A DNA stretch of 24,000 nucleotides from Paraflavisolibacter caeni (GTDB taxonomy: Bacteria; Bacteroidota; Bacteroidia; Chitinophagales; Chitinophagaceae). The DNA lies in contig NZ_JAOTIF010000001.1 of assembly GCF_025628885.1 (NCBI RefSeq), positions 763,751-787,750 of the forward strand, given 5' to 3'. Below the pieces are notes generated by a model that did no database searches, was not told the origin of the DNA, and saw nothing but the letters and a program-made list of their open reading frames with translations. Positions 1 through 8,507 of this stretch are shown in pieces. The translations under genes were made by a program, and so were the position numbers. Position 1 is the stretch's first letter. The number at the start of each line of letters is the position of its first letter.

Positions 1-1
1 T

Positions 2-106
2 TTACCCAAAGGGATTGCACTTGTTGCGGCCGGATTGCAGGGATCGCCTGTGATGAGTTGGGGAGAGTGGGGGAAAATCGATGGAATGACGAATGGGGGA
101 GAATAG
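2..106 (+). CDS. nuoG: C-terminal end of NADH-quinone oxidoreductase subunit G (partial)
   Basis: Frame 2 reads LPKGIALVAAGLQGSPVMSWGEWGKIDGMTNGGE* with stop TAG at 104-106; immediately upstream of nuoH; the fragment is short, so identity rests mainly on synteny. Confidence 0.55.
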   Translation, partial: LPKGIALVAAGLQGSPVMSWGEWGKIDGMTNGGE

Positions 107-126
107 ATGATAGATGGTAGAGGAGA

Positions 127-154
127 TTTGGGGTTTGGAGTTTGGAGTTTGGGG
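127..154 (+). repeat. Four tandem 7-mers TTTGGGG-TTTGGAG-TTTGGAG-TTTGGGG
   Basis: Direct reading of 127-154 in the nuoG-nuoH spacer. Confidence 0.9.
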
Positions 155-214
155 GCTGTTAGAGGGCTGTATGTACGGAGTAGATATAGAGTTCCTATGG
201 AGTTAGACCGCAGT

Positions 215-247
215 AAGGTCTCTATAAAGTCTCTATAAGGTCTCTAT
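215..247 (+). repeat. Three tandem 11-mers AAGGTCTCTAT/AAAGTCTCTAT/AAGGTCTCTAT
   Basis: Direct reading; copies at 215-225, 226-236, 237-247, with a decayed fourth (atggtc) from 248. Confidence 0.9.
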
Positions 248-295
248 ATGGTCGGGAGGGGAAAGGTAAAAATTAGAATATTAAACATACGAAAC

Positions 296-1252
296 ATGAC
301 CGTAACACAACATGTTCTCATTGTAGTAGGGGTTCTGTTTGTGATGCTGAATATTGCCGCCGGGTTGATCTGGGTGGAACGGAGAATGCTGGCGCTTTGG
401 CAGGACCGGCTAGGACCCAACAGGGCTGGACCCCTGGGAATTTTTATTGTAGTGGCGGATACTTTAAAACTGTTTTTTAAGGAAGACTGGATCCCTCCTT
501 TTGCAGATAAGAAAGTGTTTGTCCTGGCGCCGGCCATTGTTGTGGGCAGCGCTTTGTTAAGTTTCGTCATTATCCCCTTTGCTCCGGGCATTGTGGTTGC
601 GGATCTCAATGTAGGATTGCTTTTCTTCCTGGCTATGTCGTCGATAGGTGTTTACAGCATCGTATTGGGTGGTTGGGCGTCGAACAATAAGTATTCACTG
701 TTAGGAGCATTGCGTGGCGCATCACAGATGATCGCATATGAAGTGTTTATGGGATTGAGCCTGATGGGTGTGGTGATGCTAACAGGTTCGTTTAAGCTAT
801 CAGACATTGTAGCTGCACAGCAGGATATGTGGTTTATTATCAAGCAACCTGTGGCCGCCATTATTTTCTTTATTGCTGGTATAGCCGAAACGCACCGCCT
901 GCCTTTTGATATTCCTGAAGCTGAAAGTGAATTGATTGCTGGTTTCCATGCTGAATATTCGGGTATGAAGTTCGGGATGTTCTTCGTAGGGGAATATATC
1001 GGGATTACACTGATTTCGTCTATGATGACTACCATGTTTTTTGGTGGTTGGCTGGGACCAGCCTTTCTGCCACCATGGGCCTGGTTCTTTATTAAAACTT
1101 TTGCTTTCATCTTGTTTTTCATTCTGCTCCGCGCATCATTGCCAAGGCCACGTTATGATCAATTGATGGAAACGGGATGGAAGATATTGCTGCCTCTTGT
1201 ATTGGTGAATCTGCTAGTGACGGGGGCAGTGGCCTTGTGGACCAGGGGATGA
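296..1252 (+). CDS. nuoH: NADH-quinone oxidoreductase subunit H
   Basis: Protein MTVTQHVLIVVG...ERRMLALWQDRLGPNRAGP...AETHRLPFDIPEAESELIAGFHAEYSGMKF is characteristic of NuoH. The ORF track start at 248 lies next to the tandem repeat; ATG 296 is preferred. Confidence 0.95.
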   Translation: MTVTQHVLIVVGVLFVMLNIAAGLIWVERRMLALWQDRLGPNRAGPLGIFIVVADTLKLFFKEDWIPPFADKKVFVLAPAIVVGSALLSFVIIPFAPGIVVADLNVGLLFFLAMSSIGVYSIVLGGWASNNKYSLLGALRGASQMIAYEVFMGLSLMGVVMLTGSFKLSDIVAAQQDMWFIIKQPVAAIIFFIAGIAETHRLPFDIPEAESELIAGFHAEYSGMKFGMFFVGEYIGITLISSMMTTMFFGGWLGPAFLPPWAWFFIKTFAFILFFILLRASLPRPRYDQLMETGWKILLPLVLVNLLVTGAVALWTRG

Positions 1253-1276
1253 CGGAATGACGAATGGGAAATGTAG

Positions 1277-1828
1277 ATGTTATTATATACGGTTGACTTT
1301 AAAACTATTTCTATGTTTAGTCACATTCGCACGATCTGGTTGACGTTTTTACACCTTTTCAAGAAAAAGGTCACAATAGAGTATCCTGAGGAAAAAGTAA
1401 AACTACATCCGCGTTGGAGGGGAAGGATCGTATTAACCAAAGATCCTGATGGCGGTGAGCGCTGTGTCGGGTGTTATTTGTGTGCTGCGGCCTGCCCGGT
1501 TGACTGCATTGCATTGCAGGCAACTGAAGATGAAAATGGACGCCGTTACCCGGAGTTTTTCCGCATTAACTTTTCCCGGTGCATCTTTTGTGGCTTTTGT
1601 GAAGAGGCCTGTCCTACCTATGCCATCCAGTTGATACCGGACTTTGAAATGGGCGAATACAAGCGCCAGAATTTGGTATTTGAAAAGGAAGACTTACTGA
1701 TCAATAGCCAGGGCAAATACCCGGGATATAATTTTTACCAGGTAGCAGGCATCCAGGCCGGCGTTAAGGGGAAAGGAGAAGGGGATAATGAAGAGCCGCC
1801 TGTTGACGTGCATAGTTTGTTGCCCTAA
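1277..1828 (+). CDS. nuoI: NADH-quinone oxidoreductase subunit I (two 4Fe-4S clusters)
   Basis: Two ferredoxin motifs, [12 protein letters not shown] and [12 protein letters not shown]; position in the nuo operon. Start may be 1277 or 1313. Confidence 0.93.
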   Translation: MLLYTVDFKTISMFSHIRTIWLTFLHLFKKKVTIEYPEEKVKLHPRWRGRIVLTKDPDGGERCVGCYLCAAACPVDCIALQATEDENGRRYPEFFRINFSRCIFCGFCEEACPTYAIQLIPDFEMGEYKRQNLVFEKEDLLINSQGKYPGYNFYQVAGIQAGVKGKGEGDNEEPPVDVHSLLP

Positions 1829-1831
1829 ACC

Positions 1832-1897
1832 CTAACCCTCCCGTAATGACGGGACAAACTCTGCTTTGGTGGTACCAGCTCTAAAGGGGAGTGTTAG
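1832..1897. repeat. REP-like imperfect inverted repeat with an inner hairpin between nuoI and nuoJ
   Basis: ctaaccctccc (1832-1842) versus gggagtgttag (1887-1897), complementary with one mismatch; inner perfect 6-bp hairpin tcccgt-aatg-acggga at 1839-1854. Confidence 0.6.
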
Positions 1898-1915
1898 AAA
1901 ACAGAAACTAAAAAA

Positions 1916-2515
1916 ATGAATGTCTTATTTTATTTATCATCAGCTATCGCTATTGCAGCGACAATTATGGTTATTACGCGTTATAAACCGATCCATGCGC
2001 TGTTGTACCTGGTCGTTTCGTTTATGGCTGTAGCCATGATCTTTCTTTCGCTCGGTGCGCCGTTTGTTGCTGTCCTTGAAATCATCTTGTATGCAGGTGC
2101 GATCATCGTATTGATGATTTTCGTTGTGATGATGCTGAACCTGGGCTCAGAAACCGCACAACAGGAAAAAGAATGGCTACTGCCAAAAGTGTGGTTAGGT
2201 CCATCCATACTGTCATTGGTATTATTGGGAGAGATCATTTACCTGCTGCTTCGTTCAGGAACGGGTAATGCATCTTTTATCTTCATCGATTCAAAAAAAG
2301 TGGCCCTGTCACTATATGGTGAATACATCATCGCCGTAGAGTTAACGGGCTTCCTGTTGATGGCTGGTATCGTTGGTGCTGCCCATATTGGTAAGCATAA
2401 GAAGAAACATTTGCACCGGTTCTTGCAGGAAGAGGAAGTTAGTACCAAGATAGAGGTAAGAAGCACGAAACCTGAAGATGAGAAACAGACTAAACCAGTG
2501 GCGTATAAGCCATGA
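1916..2515 (+). CDS. nuoJ: NADH-quinone oxidoreductase subunit J
   Basis: MNVLFYLSSAIAIAATIMVITRYKPIHALLYLVVSFMAVAMIFLSLGAPFVAVLEIILYAGAIIVLMIFVVMML is typical of NuoJ. Confidence 0.93.
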   Translation: MNVLFYLSSAIAIAATIMVITRYKPIHALLYLVVSFMAVAMIFLSLGAPFVAVLEIILYAGAIIVLMIFVVMMLNLGSETAQQEKEWLLPKVWLGPSILSLVLLGEIIYLLLRSGTGNASFIFIDSKKVALSLYGEYIIAVELTGFLLMAGIVGAAHIGKHKKKHLHRFLQEEEVSTKIEVRSTKPEDEKQTKPVAYKP

Positions 2516-2588
2516 AATAGTAAAGATCTCATGCTCTGAAACACCGTTGAACCAGACGTATATACTTTGAACTCCAAACCATATAATC

Positions 2589-2918
2589 ATGCCCTTTAAC
2601 CCTCAGGCTGTATTGATTGTTGCCGCTATACTTTTTGTGTTGGGATTGGTTGGTGTGCTGACAAGAAAGAACATCATTTTCATCCTGGTTTCAGTTGAGA
2701 TCATGCTGAATGCCGCGGGACTTGCTTTTGTAGCCGCCGGAGCGAGGTGGGGACAGCCTGATGGACAGGTGATGTTTTTGTTCATCCTTGCAATGGCTGC
2801 TTCCGAAGTTTCTGTTGGACTGGCATTGGTAATGCAAACTCACAGGCAACACAAGACATTGGATGTTCAGGAGCTTAGGGAATTGAGAGATAAGACGGAA
2901 GAATACTCATCAATATAA
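2589..2918 (+). CDS. nuoK: NADH-quinone oxidoreductase subunit K
   Basis: GLVGVLTRKNIIFILVSVEIMLNAAGLAFVAAG and EVSVGLALVM are typical of NuoK. Confidence 0.95.
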   Translation: MPFNPQAVLIVAAILFVLGLVGVLTRKNIIFILVSVEIMLNAAGLAFVAAGARWGQPDGQVMFLFILAMAASEVSVGLALVMQTHRQHKTLDVQELRELRDKTEEYSSI

Positions 2919-2936
2919 CAAGACAAATTATGCAAT

Positions 2937-4826
2937 ATGAATAACCTGCTTGCATTAATTCCTGCTTTGCCATTGGCTGGATTTTTAATACTATCTCTTA
3001 CGGGCAGGCATTTGCCTAAAAGCATTATTGCAGGAATTGGAGCCGGTTCTGTAAGCGCTGCAGCCCTGATCACCATTTTCATTGGTATGCAGTTTTTACA
3101 ATCACCGCCTACCGGGAATGCCTATACTCAAACGTTGTGGCAATGGATGCAAACGGAAAACTTTTCCGCGGGCATTGATCTCCGGATGGATGCATTGACA
3201 CTTGTATTTGTGTTCATCATCACTTTTGTCGGGGCCTTGATTCACATTTATTCAACCGCTTTCATGCGTCACGACCGTGACTATGCACGCTTTTTTGCCA
3301 GCATGAATTTGTTTGTCTGTTCCATGCTGCTGCTGGTAATGGCAGATAACCTGGTGCTGATGTATTTAGGATGGGAAGGGGTAGGTTTGTGCAGCTTCCT
3401 GCTTATTGGCTTCTGGTATGAAACACCGGCTAATGTGGCTGCAGCTAATAAAGCCTTTTACATTACACGCATTGGTGATACAGCAATGGCTATTGGCCTC
3501 TTCCTGCTGTTCCGTGAATTAGGAACGCTGAACATTCCTGAAATCATGACGCAAGCGCCCGCTCACTTCCAGCCCGGTGCTTCTAATGTTACATGGATTG
3601 CTTTATTACTACTGGCAGGAGGAATGGGTAAATCTGCCCAGTTGCCTTTGCAAACCTGGTTGCCGGATGCCATGGCAGGCCCATCGCCAGTGAGTGCGTT
3701 GATTCATGCAGCAACCATGGTGACTGCCGGTGTATACCTCATTGCCCGTATGCATGTGGTGTTTCAATTGTCGCCCGTGGCTATGGCTGCAACAGCAGCT
3801 ATAGGTGCCATTACTTTGTTTGTGGCTGGCTGTAGTGCAATGGCGCAAACTGACATCAAACGCATCCTGGCTTATTCAACTATCAGCCAGATCGGTTATA
3901 TGTTCCTGGCCTTAGGTGTAGGAGCATGGAGTGCAGGCATCTTCCATTTCTTTACCCATGCCTTCTTTAAAGCCCTTTTATTCCTTGCTGCGGGCGCTGT
4001 TATAGAGTCGTTGCACCACGAACACAACATCTTTAGAATGGGAGGGTTGAAAGACAGGATGCCTGTTGTATTCTGGACTTTCCTGGCAGGTGCAGCAGCA
4101 TTGGCGGCATTGCCTTTGATCAGTGCCGGCTTTTACAGTAAAGACCAGATCTTGTGGTATGCCTGGAGTGCTCAAAATGGAAATCCTATGCTATGGTTGG
4201 TTGCCATTGCCGGTGCTTTAATTACTGCTTTTTATACAACCCGCCTGATGATTGTGGTATTCTGGGGCGATATGAAGACCCATATTGGTGAGCGTCCTGG
4301 TAAAGCGATGACCATCCCGCTTATGATCCTGGCCGTTTTAAGTATTGTTGCAGGGTTTATTGAGTGGCCACACAACCTGGTACATCTTTCTTTATTCTCT
4401 GACCTTGTTCAGAGGTATCTGCCCGAAACATTGTTACAGGAAGGGCACCCTCCTGAAATTATCTTTCAACTGGTAGCAGCTGCTGTTACACTTTTAGGGG
4501 TGTATGCCGGTTATGTTTTGTATTACAAGAATACTTCGATTCTTGAACAATGGAAGGCATCTCCTGCGATGTTGAGTTTGCGGAATTTCTTTTATAAGGG
4601 CTGGGGATTCGATGACTTATATGACACTGTATTTGTAAGACCGTTTTACTTTCTAACCCGTATCAATAAAAGTGATGTTTTTGACCTGTTGAACAAGGGT
4701 ATTGCCACTACCAGCCAGCGCTTGAATGAATGGTTCTCGTTTTCTCAAAACGGTTCATTGCGCTGGTATGTAGTGGGTGTGCTGATTGGGATCATTTTCG
4801 TTTTGGGGCTGCAGATATGGGGGTGA
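2937..4826 (+). CDS. nuoL: NADH-quinone oxidoreductase subunit L
   Basis: 629 aa; MYLGWEGVGLCSFLLIGFWY, TWLPDAMAGPSPVSALIHAATMVTAGVYLI and ILAYSTISQIGYMFLALGVG motifs. Confidence 0.96.
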   Translation: MNNLLALIPALPLAGFLILSLTGRHLPKSIIAGIGAGSVSAAALITIFIGMQFLQSPPTGNAYTQTLWQWMQTENFSAGIDLRMDALTLVFVFIITFVGALIHIYSTAFMRHDRDYARFFASMNLFVCSMLLLVMADNLVLMYLGWEGVGLCSFLLIGFWYETPANVAAANKAFYITRIGDTAMAIGLFLLFRELGTLNIPEIMTQAPAHFQPGASNVTWIALLLLAGGMGKSAQLPLQTWLPDAMAGPSPVSALIHAATMVTAGVYLIARMHVVFQLSPVAMAATAAIGAITLFVAGCSAMAQTDIKRILAYSTISQIGYMFLALGVGAWSAGIFHFFTHAFFKALLFLAAGAVIESLHHEHNIFRMGGLKDRMPVVFWTFLAGAAALAALPLISAGFYSKDQILWYAWSAQNGNPMLWLVAIAGALITAFYTTRLMIVVFWGDMKTHIGERPGKAMTIPLMILAVLSIVAGFIEWPHNLVHLSLFSDLVQRYLPETLLQEGHPPEIIFQLVAAAVTLLGVYAGYVLYYKNTSILEQWKASPAMLSLRNFFYKGWGFDDLYDTVFVRPFYFLTRINKSDVFDLLNKGIATTSQRLNEWFSFSQNGSLRWYVVGVLIGIIFVLGLQIWG

Positions 4827-4859
4827 TATATGGCACTTTAACTAAACAAATCTTTTTTT

Positions 4860-6374
4860 ATGATACTTGCCTGGATGATCATCATATTAATGGCTGGGGG
4901 GCTTATTTGCTGGTTGTTGGCTCGATGGAACAAAGAGGTAGTGAAATGGGTGGCGCTACTGGCTGTACTGCTCGATCTTATATTGGCTTGCAGCATCTGG
5001 TGGCAACATGGTGGCGTTCCAACAAGTGGCGCCAATGCATGGCTGATCGATTATAAGGCGGCATGGGTGCCTACATATGGCATCAGTTTTCACATGGCTG
5101 CGGATGGGCTGAGCCTGGTGATGTTATTGCTTACTTACTTTTTGGGTACACTGTCTGTACTCTGTTCGTGGAATGAGGTGAAAGGGAGAATAGGATTTTA
5201 TTATTTCAACCTCTTATTTACACTGACAGGTATCAGTGGCGTATTTGTTGCCTTGGACCTTTTCTTATTCTACTTCTTCTGGGAAGTAATGCTGGTACCA
5301 ATGTTCTTTTTGATTGCCATTTGGGGCGACAGCAACCGGCGTTATGCTGCCTACAAGTTTTTCATCTTTACACAGGCTGGTGGTCTGCTTATGCTGATCT
5401 CTATATTGGCTTTGTATTTTATTGCATCGGCTCAAAACGGCGCTTTTTCTTTTGATTATACCGACCTGTTGGGTACCACCATGCAGGCTTCTACTGCCCG
5501 TTGGATCATGCTGGGATTCCTGCTGGCCTTTGTTATTAAGTTGCCAATGGTCCCATTCCACAACTGGCTTCCTGATGCCCATAGTGAAGCACCTACGGCA
5601 GGTAGTTTGATCCTTGCCGGTTTGTTGTTGAAAACCGGTGCATATGGAATCATCCGTTTTGTATTGCCCCTCTTTCCACAGGTAACGGCTGATGTTGCCT
5701 GGTGGGCAATGCTGTTAGGAGTTGTTGGTATCATTTATGGAGCGCTGCTGGCCTTTGCACAAACCGATATCAAGCGGTTAATTGCTTACACTTCTGTCAG
5801 TCACATGGGCTTTGTCCTGGTAGGCATATTTGCTTTCAGGGAGATGGCGATGCAGGGCGTGGTGATGCAAATGGTCACACATGGTATCAGTACGGGCGCC
5901 TTGTTCGTATTAGCGGGCATGTTGAAAGAACGTTTACACACGAGAGATATTGGCAGGATGGGTGGTTTGTGGACCTCTATGCCGGCAATGGGAGGTGTCG
6001 CAATGTTGTTTACTATGGCTTCGCTGGGCTTGCCGTTCCTGGGCAACTTCATTGCGGAGTTTCTGATCCTGATGGGCAGTTTCGGAAGCAACGTGGTCAT
6101 CACTGTCCTGGCAACCTTGGGACTGGTATTTTCGGCACTCTACTCCCTGCGACTATTGCAGAAAGTTTTCCTGGGGCAACCATCATCACATATAAGTCTG
6201 CCTGATTTAAGTATGCGCGAAATGTTGATAATGGCTTCGCTTACTATTGCCATTGTGTTGCTTGGATTGTATCCACAACCTGTAATGAACCTTGTTTCTC
6301 CGGTCATTAAAGGAATGGAGAAAAGCGTCAGTTTTGAAATGAACAATCATCAATCTGTAATCTCAATCCCATGA
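4860..6374 (+). CDS. nuoM: NADH-quinone oxidoreductase subunit M
   Basis: 504 aa; FFWEVMLVPMFFLIAIWG, HNWLPDAHSEAPTAGSLILAGLLLKTGAYG and RLIAYTSVSHMGFVLVGIFA. Confidence 0.96.
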   Translation: MILAWMIIILMAGGLICWLLARWNKEVVKWVALLAVLLDLILACSIWWQHGGVPTSGANAWLIDYKAAWVPTYGISFHMAADGLSLVMLLLTYFLGTLSVLCSWNEVKGRIGFYYFNLLFTLTGISGVFVALDLFLFYFFWEVMLVPMFFLIAIWGDSNRRYAAYKFFIFTQAGGLLMLISILALYFIASAQNGAFSFDYTDLLGTTMQASTARWIMLGFLLAFVIKLPMVPFHNWLPDAHSEAPTAGSLILAGLLLKTGAYGIIRFVLPLFPQVTADVAWWAMLLGVVGIIYGALLAFAQTDIKRLIAYTSVSHMGFVLVGIFAFREMAMQGVVMQMVTHGISTGALFVLAGMLKERLHTRDIGRMGGLWTSMPAMGGVAMLFTMASLGLPFLGNFIAEFLILMGSFGSNVVITVLATLGLVFSALYSLRLLQKVFLGQPSSHISLPDLSMREMLIMASLTIAIVLLGLYPQPVMNLVSPVIKGMEKSVSFEMNNHQSVISIP

Positions 6375-7813
6375 CCTCAGTCCAACTCCTTGCCTTACTT
6401 CCCTTTATGCTGTTAGCAACAGCATCCATCATTGTGATCCTGCTGATCGCTTTCAAGCAGTCTCATACTGTTATCCAGGTAACTGGTTTTTTAATGATGT
6501 GCAGTGTCATCCTGGCCATGTGGTATGTGCGTGATGTGTTGCCTGTTGCTGTGCTTCCTTTGCTGGTAGTAGATGGCTTTGCCGCCATATTTACGGGTAT
6601 GATCATTTTCTCCGTGCTGGTGGTTGGTTTGTTTTCCTTCATCTATTTCGAAGAGCGGGAAGAAAATCCTAAAGAGTATTATATCCTGCTTTTCCTGAGT
6701 ACACTTGGAGCCGCTGTATTGACCATCAGCCGGCATTTCATTTCACTCTTTATCGGTCTGGAGCTGTTGAGTGTCAGTTTATATGCATTGATCGCTTACT
6801 TGCGTACCCGCAACAATGCTGTTGAAGCGGGTTTGAAATATCTTGTATTGGCGGCTGTATCTTCGGCCTTTTTGCTCTTTGGGATGGCATTGATCTATAT
6901 GGAAACAGGCAGTATGGAATTCAATGCAATAGCCCAGAAAACAGGTACAACTCTTTCTCCTTTATTTGTGACAGGGGTAGGATTGATGGTTGTAGCCATT
7001 GGCTTTAAACTGGCCATAGTGCCGTTTCATTTGTGGGCCGCTGATGTGTACCAGGGCGCACCTGCACCCGTGACTTCATTTATCGCTACTGTTTCAAAGA
7101 TTGGTGTATTTGCTGTTCTGCTCCGTTTTGGACAGGCTGTTCATTTGCAGGCCAATTCCCTGGCCTTTACCATTTTTGCCGCACTGGCAATACTTTCCAT
7201 GATTGCTGGTAACATCCTGGCCCTGCGGCAGGATAATATCAAGCGGTTGCTTGCTTATTCGTCTATTGCTCACTTTGGTTATCTGATCGTTGCATTCCTG
7301 CCCGGCAATGAGGCAGGTGTTGAAGCCTCGATGTTTTACCTCCTGGCTTATTCCATTACTACACTGGTAGCTTTTGGAATCATCACACTCTTATCTACAC
7401 GAGAAAGGGATGCAGAAAAATTAGAAGGTTACCGGGGGTTATTCTGGCGTCATCCTATACTTGCCGCAGTTTTAACTGTTGCCTTATTATCCCTCGCAGG
7501 TATACCACTTACGGGTGGTTTTATCGGTAAGTTTGCTGTGCTGACTTCCGGCGTACAGCAGGGTTTATGGGCGCCGGTTATTGTGTTGGTTCTTACCAGC
7601 GTTGTGGGGATCTATTACTACCTGCGTATACTGACTACATTGTTTGCGGAAGCGCCATCAATTGCTAAAAAAGAAAAAGTGCTGCATCCATTTTTTTACA
7701 ATGCCATGTACGCAGCACTGATTGTTCTTGCCGTCATACTCTTAGGCATTGGTGTTTTCCCAAGTGGCGTAATGAATGGAATTAAAGAGTTCCTGGCTAT
7801 TGGTGGTCAGTAA
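6371..7813 (+). CDS. nuoN: NADH-quinone oxidoreductase subunit N
   Basis: 480 aa; PFHLWAADVYQGAPAPVTSFIATVSKIG and RLLAYSSIAHFGYL; ATGA overlap with nuoM stop. Confidence 0.95.
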   Translation: MTSVQLLALLPFMLLATASIIVILLIAFKQSHTVIQVTGFLMMCSVILAMWYVRDVLPVAVLPLLVVDGFAAIFTGMIIFSVLVVGLFSFIYFEEREENPKEYYILLFLSTLGAAVLTISRHFISLFIGLELLSVSLYALIAYLRTRNNAVEAGLKYLVLAAVSSAFLLFGMALIYMETGSMEFNAIAQKTGTTLSPLFVTGVGLMVVAIGFKLAIVPFHLWAADVYQGAPAPVTSFIATVSKIGVFAVLLRFGQAVHLQANSLAFTIFAALAILSMIAGNILALRQDNIKRLLAYSSIAHFGYLIVAFLPGNEAGVEASMFYLLAYSITTLVAFGIITLLSTRERDAEKLEGYRGLFWRHPILAAVLTVALLSLAGIPLTGGFIGKFAVLTSGVQQGLWAPVIVLVLTSVVGIYYYLRILTTLFAEAPSIAKKEKVLHPFFYNAMYAALIVLAVILLGIGVFPSGVMNGIKEFLAIGGQ

Positions 7814-7863
7814 GGTTGGTATGAAAGTTTTAAGGAATTTTATGCAAGAAAAAATACTTTATT

Positions 7864-8436
7864 ATGAAAAGATTATTTGTAATCAAACTATTATTTGTTC
7901 TATTGTGTTCTCAATTTGTGTTGCTTGCTTGCAGTAATGAAAAGAAAACAAGCAGCAGCAACAAAGAAAGCAGTATGCAGGGTGGAGCTATAGCTACACT
8001 TGCAGGCACAAAACCTGATACTGCTGTAACAGGAACTGTTCAGTTTGAACAGATGCAGGGCGGCAAAGTGAAAATGAAACTGGATATATCTGTTCCCACC
8101 AAAGCCAATCAAAGTGTGGCGGTGCACATTCACGAACATGCAGATTGTGGCGAAATGGGAAAACATGCCGGGGGACACTGGAATCCCACCAACAGTAACC
8201 ATGGCAAGTGGGGCAGCAGTTCCTTTCATTCAGGTGATATAGGGAACATAAATTTAGATGCCAGTGGCAAAGCAAGCATGGAGCTGGAATCAGACTTGTG
8301 GTCAATTGGCGGAGATCCTAAAACGGACATCCTCAACAAGACCATTATTGTACATAGTGGTGTAGATGATTATACTTCCCAGCCTTCAGGTAATTCAGGG
8401 GAAAGGATTGGCTGTGGGGTGATTCAAAAACAATAA
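7864..8436 (+). CDS. Cu/Zn superoxide dismutase family lipoprotein
   Basis: Signal peptide with lipobox LLAC; Cu/Zn ligand motifs HIHEHADC, GGHWNP, NHG, HSGDIGNI, VHSGVDDY and GERIGCGVI. Confidence 0.92.
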   Translation: MKRLFVIKLLFVLLCSQFVLLACSNEKKTSSSNKESSMQGGAIATLAGTKPDTAVTGTVQFEQMQGGKVKMKLDISVPTKANQSVAVHIHEHADCGEMGKHAGGHWNPTNSNHGKWGSSSFHSGDIGNINLDASGKASMELESDLWSIGGDPKTDILNKTIIVHSGVDDYTSQPSGNSGERIGCGVIQKQ

Positions 8437-8452
8437 GGATGCAGCAGTAGAA

Positions 8453-8490
8453 TAACAATAAAGCCCACTTTCCGGTGGGCTTTATTGTTA
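8453..8490. terminator. Bidirectional terminator hairpin between sod and tonB
   Basis: 16-bp perfect stem taacaataaagcccac (8453-8468) / gtgggctttattgtta (8475-8490), 6-nt loop tttccg, between convergent genes. Confidence 0.9.
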
Positions 8491-8507
8491 CCTGTTTCAA
8501 TGAATGA

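Noticed and set aside
248-295. N-terminal extension MVGRGKVKIRILNIRN of nuoH in the ORF track
   Set aside because: It begins at the edge of the tandem repeat and precedes the conserved NuoH start MTVTQHVLIVVG; ATG 296 is the better start.
652-1122. Antisense ORFs over nuoH and other nuo genes
   Set aside because: Fully shadowed by conserved membrane-protein genes; no recognisable domain or own regulatory signal.
4730-5056. ORF overlapping nuoL end and nuoM start, and similar frames (5422..5610, 5702..6205)
   Set aside because: Out-of-frame readings of strongly coding nuoL/nuoM sequence with Cys/His/Trp-rich, non-domain-like composition.
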